A program made the translations under genes and the position numbers. DNA of 32,000 nt from Delftia acidovorans NBRC 14950 (lineage in GTDB: Bacteria; Pseudomonadota; Gammaproteobacteria; Burkholderiales; Burkholderiaceae_C), in contig NZ_BCZP01000004.1 of NCBI RefSeq assembly GCF_001598795.1, forward strand, positions 180,001 through 212,000, read 5' to 3'. Within the stretch, counting starts at the first letter, position 1; each line of letters begins with the position of its first letter. Shown one piece after another: positions 8,030 to 14,893 of the stretch. A model generated the notes under the pieces. It ran no database searches and was not told where the DNA came from. It was given only the letters and a program-made list of their open reading frames with translations.

Positions 8030-8503
8030 ATGCCGATCTGGAAGCGCAGCTTCACCCTTGAAGACATCACCTCGCTGAGCGCCGACACGGCCGTCTCGCA
8101 CCTGGGCATCGAGTTCACCGAGATCGGTGACGACTTCCTGCGCGGCCGCGTGCACGTGGACCAGCGCACCTGCCAGCCCTACGGCATCCTGCACGGCGGC
8201 GTGAACGTGGTGCTGGCCGAAACCCTGGGCTCGGTGGCCGCGGCCTGCTCCATCCCCGAAGGCTGGCGCAGCGTGGGCCTGAACGTCTCGGCCAACCATG
8301 TACGCGCCGCGCGCCAGGGCTGGGTCACGGGCACGGCCCGCCCCGTGCACCTGGGCCAGACCACCCATGTCTGGGCCATCGAACTGCACGACGAAACCGG
8401 CCGCCTGACCTGCACCTGCAGCCTGACCATGGCGCTGCTGCCGCCCACGCATGCGCAGAACGTCAAGCTCGCGGCGCAGCCGCCGGTGGCGGCCCAGCCC
8501 TGA
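8030..8503 (+). CDS. Hotdog-fold aryl-CoA thioesterase, PaaI / YbdB(EntH) / YdiI (1,4-dihydroxy-2-naphthoyl-CoA hydrolase) subfamily
   Basis: Internal ATG at 8030 of ORF 7871..8503: MPIWKRSFTLEDI...HLGIEFTEIGDDFLRGRVHVDQRTCQPYGILHGGVNVVLAETLGSVAA...NHVRAARQGWVTG...HLGQTTHVWAIELHDETGRL. This is colinear with E. coli YdiI/YbdB as I remember them (MIWKR..., GLLHGGASVVLAESIGS, NANHVRS, HLGSRHQVWQIEIFDE). Confidence 0.85.
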   Translation: MPIWKRSFTLEDITSLSADTAVSHLGIEFTEIGDDFLRGRVHVDQRTCQPYGILHGGVNVVLAETLGSVAAACSIPEGWRSVGLNVSANHVRAARQGWVTGTARPVHLGQTTHVWAIELHDETGRLTCTCSLTMALLPPTHAQNVKLAAQPPVAAQP

Positions 8504-8513
8504 CCGCTTGATG

Positions 8514-8539
8514 GACCGAGAACCGTCGCGTTCTCGGTC
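8514..8539 (+). terminator. Perfect 10-bp hairpin just after the thioesterase stop (no T-tract)
   Basis: GACCGAGAAC (8514-8523) and GTTCTCGGTC (8530-8539) flank a 6-nt loop. No U-run follows, so intrinsic terminator function is uncertain. Confidence 0.4.
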
Positions 8540-8554
8540 ACGTTGCTGTTGTCC

Positions 8555-8600
8555 GTTGTATTTCTTCTTCAGTTATTGATAATTGCCTAATCAATACAAC
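8555..8600 (+). promoter_or_regulatory. Putative abiE promoter with nested inverted repeats (candidate AbiEi operator)
   Basis: AT-rich patch in an otherwise ~70% GC window. TTGTAT (8556-8561) - 16 nt - GATAAT (8578-8583) resembles sigma70 -35/-10 elements. Inverted repeats: GTTGTATT (8555-8562) / AATACAAC (8593-8600) and TATTGAT (8574-8580) / ATCAATA (8590-8596). Confidence 0.45.
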
Positions 8601-8610
8601 AGACTCCGGC

Positions 8611-9228
8611 ATGCCCGCTCCTGGCTCCGCGCTCGAACAAGCCGTTCTGGCACTGGCCGAACAACGGCCGCTGCTGCGCGCACGCGACCTTGCCGCGCTT
8701 GGCCTGCCGACCATGGCGCTGAGCCGGCTGGTCGCGGCAGGCCGCCTTGAACGTGTTGCACGCGGCCTGTACAGCCTGCCGGGCCGGCCGCTCAGCGAGC
8801 ACCGCTCGCTGGCGGAAGTGGCCCTGCGCGTGCCGCAGGGCGTGGTCTGCCTGCTGTCCGCGCTGCGGGTCCACGGCATAGGAACGCAGGCACCCTTCGA
8901 GGTGTGGATGGCCATTCCCCATCACTCGCCCACGCCTCGCATAGACCAGCCTGCGTTGCGCGCCATCCGCATGTCCGGTGCGGCACTGTCCGAAGGCGTG
9001 GAAACCCTGCAGATCGATGGCGTCGGTGTCGCCGTCTTCAACGCATCGAAGACCGTGGCCGATTGCTTCAAGTACCGCAACAAGATCGGCCTGGATGTGG
9101 CGTTGGAAGCACTGCGCGACGGATGGGCACAACGCAAGCTGACGGCCGACGCGCTCTGGCACTACGCCGCCATCGACCGCGTCAGCAATGTGATGCGCCC
9201 CTATCTCGAAAGCATCGCCGCATCATGA
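8611..9228 (+). CDS. abiEi: Type IV toxin-antitoxin system antitoxin / transcriptional repressor, AbiEi family
   Basis: ORF track 205 aa. N-terminal winged-helix-like segment (LRARDLAALGLPTMALSRLVAAGRLERVARGLYSL) and the family-typical SLAEVALRVPQGVVCLLSALRVHGI...VADCFKYRNKIGLDVALEAL. Its stop overlaps the start of the next gene (ATGA at 9225-9228). Confidence 0.85.
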   Translation: MPAPGSALEQAVLALAEQRPLLRARDLAALGLPTMALSRLVAAGRLERVARGLYSLPGRPLSEHRSLAEVALRVPQGVVCLLSALRVHGIGTQAPFEVWMAIPHHSPTPRIDQPALRAIRMSGAALSEGVETLQIDGVGVAVFNASKTVADCFKYRNKIGLDVALEALRDGWAQRKLTADALWHYAAIDRVSNVMRPYLESIAAS

Positions 9229-10070
9229 GCCGCGATATCGCAGCCTCGATCCGTGCACGTTTGAAGCAATGCGCGGACGCCCGCCGGCAGGACTTCAACC
9301 TCACGCTCACCCACTATGGCCTGGAGCGCCTGCTGTACCGCCTGTCCATCTCGCCCCATGCAGACAGCTATCTGCTCAAGGGTGCACTGCTGTTTGCCAT
9401 CTGGTACGAGCAGCCGCACAGGCCGACCCGCGACGCCGATCTGCTGGGCTTTGGCCTGGACGACGTTGACTCGGCGGTGAGCGCTTTCCGCCAGATCTGC
9501 CGGATTGCCGTGGACGACGGCATTGCCTTCGATGCCGCGTCGGTGCGTGGAACCGCCATCCGCAAGGAAGCCGGCTATGGCGGAGTACGGATTGACCTGC
9601 GCGCCACGCTGGACGGTGCACGCATCACGCTGCAGGTGGACATAGGCTTCGGCGATGCCGTGACACCATCGCCACAAACCATCCGCTACCCCGTGCTGCT
9701 CGACGGCCTGCCCGCACCGCAACTGCGCAGCTACCCCAAGTACACCGTGGTGGCCGAAAAACTCCACGCGATATGCCTGCTGGGCATGGCCAATACCCGG
9801 ATGAAGGACTACTTCGATCTCTGGGTGTTGATGACCGAAGGCACGCTGGACCCTGCCGAACTGCGGCGTGCCACGGCAGCGACCTTCAAACGCCGCCAAC
9901 TCGCGCTGCCCGCAGGCCTGCCTGCCGGATTGAGCGATGGCTTCAGCAGCGATGCGGCCAAGCAGGCGCAGTGGGCCGCCTTCCTGAAGAAGAACCGGCT
10001 TGCAACGCTGGAGCTGGCCCCTGTCGTGGCAAGGCTGCGAGAGGAATTCCAGCAATGCGGCATCTTCTGA
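9225..10070 (+). CDS. abiEii: Nucleotidyltransferase toxin, AbiEii/AbiGii family
   Basis: Internal ATG at 9225 of ORF 8904..10070: MSRDIAASIRARLKQCADARRQDFNLTLTHYGLERLLYRLSISPHADSYLLKGALLFAIWYEQPHRPTRDADLLGFG...IDIGFGDAVTP...YTVVAEKLHAI...RMKDYFDLWVL. These are canonical AbiEii motifs, including the nucleotidyltransferase TRDADL segment. Confidence 0.9.
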   Translation: MSRDIAASIRARLKQCADARRQDFNLTLTHYGLERLLYRLSISPHADSYLLKGALLFAIWYEQPHRPTRDADLLGFGLDDVDSAVSAFRQICRIAVDDGIAFDAASVRGTAIRKEAGYGGVRIDLRATLDGARITLQVDIGFGDAVTPSPQTIRYPVLLDGLPAPQLRSYPKYTVVAEKLHAICLLGMANTRMKDYFDLWVLMTEGTLDPAELRRATAATFKRRQLALPAGLPAGLSDGFSSDAAKQAQWAAFLKKNRLATLELAPVVARLREEFQQCGIF

Positions 10071-10102
10071 TGCCGCGTGGAAGTCCTCCGCCCACCACCA
10101 TC

Positions 10103-10816
10103 TCAAACCCCCAGCAACTCCGACAGGCGCTCCGGCTGCGCCAGCAGCTCCCGCGAGTCGGCCTGCAGCGCCAGCCGGCCCTTGGCCATGACCACGGCGC
10201 GGTCGGTGTGGGCCAGGACCTTTTTGTAGTCGCGGTCCACGATCAGGGTGGAGATGCCGGTGCTGCGGATGGCGGCGATCACGCGCCAGATTTCGGCGAC
10301 GACCAGGGGGGCCAGGCCTTCGGTGGCTTCGTCGAGGATGAGCAGGCGCGGGTGCGTCATCAGCGCGCGGCCTATGGACAGCATCTGCTGCTCGCCGCCA
10401 GAGAGCTGGTCGCCGCCGTTGGCCAGGCGCTCCGCGAGCCGGGGGAAGGTGTCGAGCACGCGCTCCAGCGTCCAGTGGCGCTCGCCCTGCAGGCCGGGGC
10501 GGGCGCTCATGACCAGGTTCTCGCGCACGCTGAGGTTGGGGAAGATGCCGCGCCCCTCTGGCACATAGCCAATGCCCAGCCGCGCCATGCGCTCGGGCGG
10601 CGCGCCCGTGCAGTCGTGGCCATCGGCGCGCAGGCGGCCGGAGCGTGCCGGAACATAGCCCATGAGCGTGCGGATCAGCGTGGTCTTGCCCATGCCGTTG
10701 CGTCCCAGCAGGCCCACGGCCTGGCCCGCGCCCAGCGCCAGGCTCACGCCCTGCAGGATGTGGCTGTCGCCGTAGTAGGTATGCAGCTCGTCGATGGCGA
10801 ACATGGGCTCACTCAT
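10103..10816 (-). CDS. Branched-chain-amino-acid-type (HAAT family) ABC transporter ATP-binding protein, LivF-like; probable benzoate/aromatic acid importer component
   Basis: ORF 10103..10858 (-). The start is taken at ATG 10816 (MSEPMFAIDELHTYYGDSHILQGVSL...GRNGMGKTT...LSGGEQQML...LLILDEAT). It overlaps the LivG-like stop by 8 nt. ATG 10804 is an alternative start. Confidence 0.85.
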   Translation of the reverse strand: MSEPMFAIDELHTYYGDSHILQGVSLALGAGQAVGLLGRNGMGKTTLIRTLMGYVPARSGRLRADGHDCTGAPPERMARLGIGYVPEGRGIFPNLSVRENLVMSARPGLQGERHWTLERVLDTFPRLAERLANGGDQLSGGEQQMLSIGRALMTHPRLLILDEATEGLAPLVVAEIWRVIAAIRSTGISTLIVDRDYKKVLAHTDRAVVMAKGRLALQADSRELLAQPERLSELLGV

Positions 10817-11567
10817 GGTCTTCTCCCAAGTAGGCTGTACGCACGACCGGATCGACACGGATCTGCGCGGGCGTGCCCGTGGCCACCACGCTGCCGTTGA
10901 CCATCACGGTGATGCGGTCGGCGATGCGGAACACGGCGTCCATGTCGTGCTCGACCAGCAGTACCGCATGGCCGCGCTTGAGCTCCTGCAGCAGGGCAAG
11001 CATGCGCTCGGTTTCCTCGGCGCCCATGCCGGCCAGCGGCTCGTCCAGCAGCAGCACGCGCGGGCCGGTGGCCAGGCACATGGCCACTTCCAGCTGGCGC
11101 TTGGCGCCATGGCTCAGCGTGCCGGCCACGGCCAGCGCCTGCCCGGCCAGGCCCGCACGCTCCAGGGCCGCATGGGCCTGGCGCAGGCTGGCCGCGCAGC
11201 GCTGTGCGGACAGGCCCAGCTGCCAGGGCCTGAGCGCCATCTGCGCCTGGGCCGCGAGCCGGCAGTTCTCCAGCGCCGAGAACTCGGGAAAGATGGTGGT
11301 GCGCTGGTAGCTGCGGCCCACGCCGGCACGCGCGCGCCGGGGCTGGGGCATGCGCGTGACGTCCTGGCCCGCGAGCGCGATGCGCCCCGCGCTGGCCGCC
11401 AGCTCGCCCGAGAGCATGTTGACCAGGGTGGACTTGCCCGCGCCGTTGGTGCCGATCACGGCATGGACCTCGCCCTCGTGCAGGTCCAGGTCCACGCCGC
11501 CCACGGCCGTGAGCCCGCCGAAGCGGCGTGTGAGGCCGCGCACCGAAAGCAGTGCCGCATCAGCCAT
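10809..11567 (-). CDS. HAAT-family ABC transporter ATP-binding protein, LivG-like
   Basis: ORF 10809..11621 (-). The start is taken at ATG 11567 (MADAALLSVRGLTRRFGGLTAVGGVDLDL...GTNGAGKST...LSHGAKRQLE...LLLDEPLAGM). There is an 8-nt ATGGCTGA overlap with the upstream permease gene. Confidence 0.85.
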   Translation of the reverse strand: MADAALLSVRGLTRRFGGLTAVGGVDLDLHEGEVHAVIGTNGAGKSTLVNMLSGELAASAGRIALAGQDVTRMPQPRRARAGVGRSYQRTTIFPEFSALENCRLAAQAQMALRPWQLGLSAQRCAASLRQAHAALERAGLAGQALAVAGTLSHGAKRQLEVAMCLATGPRVLLLDEPLAGMGAEETERMLALLQELKRGHAVLLVEHDMDAVFRIADRITVMVNGSVVATGTPAQIRVDPVVRTAYLGEDHE

Positions 11568-12627
11568 GGTCGGCCTCCTTGTGGCGGGCCTCGTTGTGCA
11601 CTCCAGCGCGTTGCCGAGCAAGGCCCGCCAGCCCGATCAGCCCCATCAGTCCTTTCGGCAGCAGGGCCACGAGCACGATGATGGCCAGGCCCAGGCTCAG
11701 CTGCCAGTGATCGGCCATGGGGCCGACGATGGCATGCGTGGACAGCACCTCCTTGAGCGCGATGAAGGCCACCGTGCCCAGCACGGCGCCGCGCAGCGAG
11801 CCCAGGCCGCCGAGGATGACCATCAGCAGCACCTCGCCCGAGTGGTGCCAGGACAGCAGCTCGGGGTTGACCACGGCATCGCGCACTGCCAGCAGAAAGC
11901 CCGCCACGCCAGCCAGCATGCCAGCCAGCACGAAGGCCGCGAGCTTGTACCCGTAGGTTGTGAAGCCGGCCGCACGCATGCGCTGTTCGTTGACGCGTAT
12001 GCCCGCCAGCGCCGCGCCGAAGCGCGACTGGCGCAGCCCGGCCAGGAAGGCATAGACCAGCACCAGGGCCACCAGCACCACGTAGTACTGCACGCGCGGG
12101 ATTTCCATGTCGATGGCGCCCAGCGCGGGCCGGGCCATCAGGTAGATGCCGTCGCTGCCGCCGCCGATGCCCGTGTCGTGGACCACGAAGTAGGCCATCT
12201 GTGCGAAGGCCAGCGTCACCATGATGAAGTAGATGCCGCGCGTGCGCAGGCTCAGCAGGCCCACCAGCAGCGCATAGCCGCCCGAGGCCAGCAGCGCCCA
12301 GCCCAGCATGGCCGGCAGGCTGCCGCCCTCGTTGCCTGCGGACAGCACGGCGGCATAGGCGCCCAGGCCCATGAAGGCCGCATGCCCCAGGCTCACCAGG
12401 CCCGTGCCGCCCACCAGCAGCTGCAGACTGAGCGCGAAGATGGCCAGGATCATGGTCTTGACCACCAGGCCCGACAGATAGTCCGACCACCAGGGGCCGG
12501 CCAGCGCCAGCAGCGCCACGCAGGCCAGCGGCACGGCGCAGGCCTGCCATCGGCAGGCGCGCTTCGGCATCTGAACAGGCTGCACGGCGGCTGCCAGCAG
12601 GGCCGGAGAAGGATTGGATACGGCCAT
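11560..12627 (-). CDS. HAAT-family ABC transporter permease, LivM-like
   Basis: ORF track 355 aa, multi-span membrane protein (...ILAIFALSLQLLVGGTGLVSLGHAAFMGLGAY...). The ATG lies 3 nt after the LivH-like stop. Confidence 0.85.
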   Translation of the reverse strand: MAVSNPSPALLAAAVQPVQMPKRACRWQACAVPLACVALLALAGPWWSDYLSGLVVKTMILAIFALSLQLLVGGTGLVSLGHAAFMGLGAYAAVLSAGNEGGSLPAMLGWALLASGGYALLVGLLSLRTRGIYFIMVTLAFAQMAYFVVHDTGIGGGSDGIYLMARPALGAIDMEIPRVQYYVVLVALVLVYAFLAGLRQSRFGAALAGIRVNEQRMRAAGFTTYGYKLAAFVLAGMLAGVAGFLLAVRDAVVNPELLSWHHSGEVLLMVILGGLGSLRGAVLGTVAFIALKEVLSTHAIVGPMADHWQLSLGLAIIVLVALLPKGLMGLIGLAGLARQRAGVHNEARHKEADHG

Positions 12628-12630
12628 TGT

Positions 12631-13503
12631 TCAGCTCCTTTGCCCCATCAGGCCCTGGGGCCGCCACACCAGCACCACCGCCATCAGCAGGTAGACGCTC
12701 ATGCCGCTGAGCTCCTGGAAGAACAGCTTGCCGAAGGTATCGACAAAGCCCACCAGCAGCGAGGCCAGCAACGCGCCCGTGATCGAGCCGATGCCGCCGA
12801 TCACCACCACCACGAAGCAGATGATGAGCACGTTGCCGCCCATGCCCGGATAGACCGAACTCATGGGTGCGGCGATCATGCCCGCCAGTGCCGCCAGCGC
12901 CACGCCGATGGCGAAGACGATGCGGTACAGGCGCTTCACGTCGATGCCCAGGCCGCGCACCATGTCGCGGTTGCTGGCGCCCGCGCGCACCATCATTCCC
13001 AGGCGCGTGCGGTTGACCACCCAGTACAGCGCCAGCGCCACCAGCAGGCACACGCCCGAGGCGAACAGCCGGTACCACGGATAGCTCATGAGCCCGCCCA
13101 GCGAGAAGCTGCCCGACAGCCAGCCGGGCAGCGGCACGCCATGCACGTCGTTGCCCGCCAGCAGCGAGCGCAGCTCCTCGAACACCAGGATCAGCCCGAA
13201 GGTCATCAGCACCTGCTGCAGGTGCTCGCGCTCGTAGAGGTAGCTGAAGAAGGCCCACTCCAGCGCATAGCCCAGCACCACGGTCAGCGCCACGCCGGCC
13301 AGCAGCATGGTGATGAAGTGCTGGCCCAGCAGCGGGGACAGCGCAAAGGCCATGTAGGCGCCGATCATGTAGAAGCTGCCATGGGCCAGGTTGATCACGC
13401 CCATGATCCCGAAGATCAGCGTCAGGCCGGAGGCCAGCAGGAACAGCAGCAGCCCGTACTGGACGGCGTTCAGGCACTGCACGAGAAAGGTGGCAAGGTC
13501 CAT
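12631..13503 (-). CDS. HAAT-family ABC transporter permease, LivH-like
   Basis: ORF track 290 aa: MDLATFLVQCLNAVQYGLLLFLLASGLTLIFGIMGVINLAHGSFYMIGAY..., the classical LivH N-terminus. Confidence 0.9.
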   Translation of the reverse strand: MDLATFLVQCLNAVQYGLLLFLLASGLTLIFGIMGVINLAHGSFYMIGAYMAFALSPLLGQHFITMLLAGVALTVVLGYALEWAFFSYLYEREHLQQVLMTFGLILVFEELRSLLAGNDVHGVPLPGWLSGSFSLGGLMSYPWYRLFASGVCLLVALALYWVVNRTRLGMMVRAGASNRDMVRGLGIDVKRLYRIVFAIGVALAALAGMIAAPMSSVYPGMGGNVLIICFVVVVIGGIGSITGALLASLLVGFVDTFGKLFFQELSGMSVYLLMAVVLVWRPQGLMGQRS

Positions 13504-13545
13504 GGCGATGTCCGTATGCGTCCGTATATGAGTGCGCCCCGCGCC

Positions 13546-14709
13546 TCACATGCGGCAGCCGCGGCCGGTATCGCCCAGGGCCTTGATGGCCACGCCCATG
13601 CGCTGGTTCTCCTTGCCCACGACCTTGCGCAGGTACATGTCCTGCACGGGGTTGTGCGACTTGCTGATGGTGAAGTCGCCGCGCGGGCTGGGGATGGTGG
13701 CCTTCTCGATGGCCTGGCGGAACTCGGCCTTCTTCGCGATGTCGCCGCCCGCCGCCTTCAGGCCCACGCCCAGCATCTGGGCGGCGTCGTAGCCCTGCAC
13801 GGCATACACATCGGGCATCAGCTTGTAGGCCTGGGCATAGGCGGAGCGAAAGCGCCGGTCGCGCTCCGTGCCCAGCTCGTCGGCGTAGTGCAGCGTGGTC
13901 AGCACCCCCTGGGCGGCCTCGCCCTGGGCCTCCAGCGTGCCGTCGGTCAGAAAGCCCGAGCCGTACAGCGGGATGGTCTTGTGCAGGCCGGCCGCGTGGT
14001 AGTCCTTGACGAACTTGACGGCGCCCGCGCCCGCGAAGAAGGCAAACACCGCATCGGGCCTGGCCGCCGCGATCTCGGTCAGCAGGGCCTGGAACTCCAC
14101 GTTGGGAAAGGACACGGTGAGCTGCTTGCTGACCTTGCCGCCCTCCTTCTCGAAGCCTTCCTTGAAGGCATTGGTCATCTCCTCGCCGGCCGCGTATTTC
14201 CAGGTGATGGTCATGGCGGTTTTCCTGCCTTCCTGCCTGGCCGCCACCACGCCCATGGGATAGGAGGACTGCCAGTTGGAGAAGGACGAACGGAAGATGT
14301 TGGGCGCGCACATGGCGCCCGTGACCGCATCGGCGCCCGCATTGGGCACGATGAGCACGGTCCCGCTTTCCTTGGCCGCGCGCGCCATGGCCATGGCCAC
14401 GCCCGAATGCACGGTGCCCACCAGCACATCGACCTTGTCGCGCTTGATCAGGCGGTTGACGTTGTCCGTGGCCTTGGCCGGATCGGACTCGTCATCGACC
14501 TTGAAGAACTCGATCTCGCGCCCGCCCAGCCTGCCGCCCTGCTCGTTCACGAACATGCGAAAGCCGTTCTCTATGGCCGAGCCCAGCGCCGCATAGGTGC
14601 CGCTGTAGGGCAGCATGAAGCCGACCTTGATCCTGTCCTGCGCATATGCGCCGCAGGACAGGGAGGCCGTCAGGGCGAGGACGGCCCAGTGTTTGCGATC
14701 GGTGTTCAT
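13546..14709 (-). CDS. Periplasmic substrate-binding protein of the Liv-type ABC transporter (type 1 PBP), probable benzoate/aromatic acid binding
   Basis: ORF 13546..14790 (-). The start is taken at ATG 14709 (MNTDRKHWAVLALTASLSCGAYA|QDRIKVGFMLPYSGTYAALG...). It has a signal peptide with an AYA-Q cleavage site, and AAGGAG lies 6 nt upstream of the ATG. Confidence 0.85.
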   Translation of the reverse strand: MNTDRKHWAVLALTASLSCGAYAQDRIKVGFMLPYSGTYAALGSAIENGFRMFVNEQGGRLGGREIEFFKVDDESDPAKATDNVNRLIKRDKVDVLVGTVHSGVAMAMARAAKESGTVLIVPNAGADAVTGAMCAPNIFRSSFSNWQSSYPMGVVAARQEGRKTAMTITWKYAAGEEMTNAFKEGFEKEGGKVSKQLTVSFPNVEFQALLTEIAAARPDAVFAFFAGAGAVKFVKDYHAAGLHKTIPLYGSGFLTDGTLEAQGEAAQGVLTTLHYADELGTERDRRFRSAYAQAYKLMPDVYAVQGYDAAQMLGVGLKAAGGDIAKKAEFRQAIEKATIPSPRGDFTISKSHNPVQDMYLRKVVGKENQRMGVAIKALGDTGRGCRM

Positions 14710-14795
14710 GCGTGTCTCCTTGTGGTCGATGGGTCTTGCTTTGCGGGTCTTGCTCACACAATTCATTTCGGTTCTCCATGGCACTGCCACGCCCC

Positions 14796-14815
14796 TTGAA
14801 ACTGGCGCGTCCCAA
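14796..14815. repeat. Copy 2 of the 20-nt intergenic repeat TTGAAACTGGCGCG(C/T)CCCAA
   Basis: TTGAAACTGGCGCGTCCCAA matches 1328-1347 at 19/20 positions. It is followed by the hairpin GTCCC (14809-14813) / GGGAC (14821-14825). Confidence 0.6.
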
Positions 14816-14859
14816 AGCGAGGGACACCGAGGAAGGGCCGCCCCGCACCGAGGGTGTCG

Positions 14860-14893
14860 TCCCCCTCCCTCGCTCAGCGAGTAGAGAGGGGGA
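14860..14893 (-). other. Strong composite stem-loop enclosing the benzoate-CoA ligase stop codon
   Basis: TCCCCCTC (14860-14867) pairs with GAGGGGGA (14886-14893). An inner stem is formed by CTCGCT (14869-14874) and AGCGAG (14876-14881). The stop codon (complement of 14874-14876) sits at the apex. No U-tract follows on the minus strand. Confidence 0.5.

Noticed and set aside
8504-10102. Mobile-element boundaries for the AbiE insertion (integrase, transposase, flanking direct repeats, tRNA target).
   Set aside because: No recombinase gene or tRNA is present, and I could find no flanking direct repeats by eye. It can only be called a putative insertion on the basis of context and composition.
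11350-14799. Very long ORFs antisense to, or out of frame with, the ABC transporter genes: 1149 aa on + at 11350..14799 and 951 aa on - at 11456..14311. Similar cases are 2632..4728 (+), 6229..8169 (-), 19374..20639 (-) and 20552..22516 (-).
   Set aside because: Their translations are low-complexity Arg/Ala/Gly/Pro/His/Gln-rich strings with no recognisable domains. They overlap genes that have clear family signatures. Stop codons are rare in off-frames at about 70% GC, so these are expected compositional artefacts.
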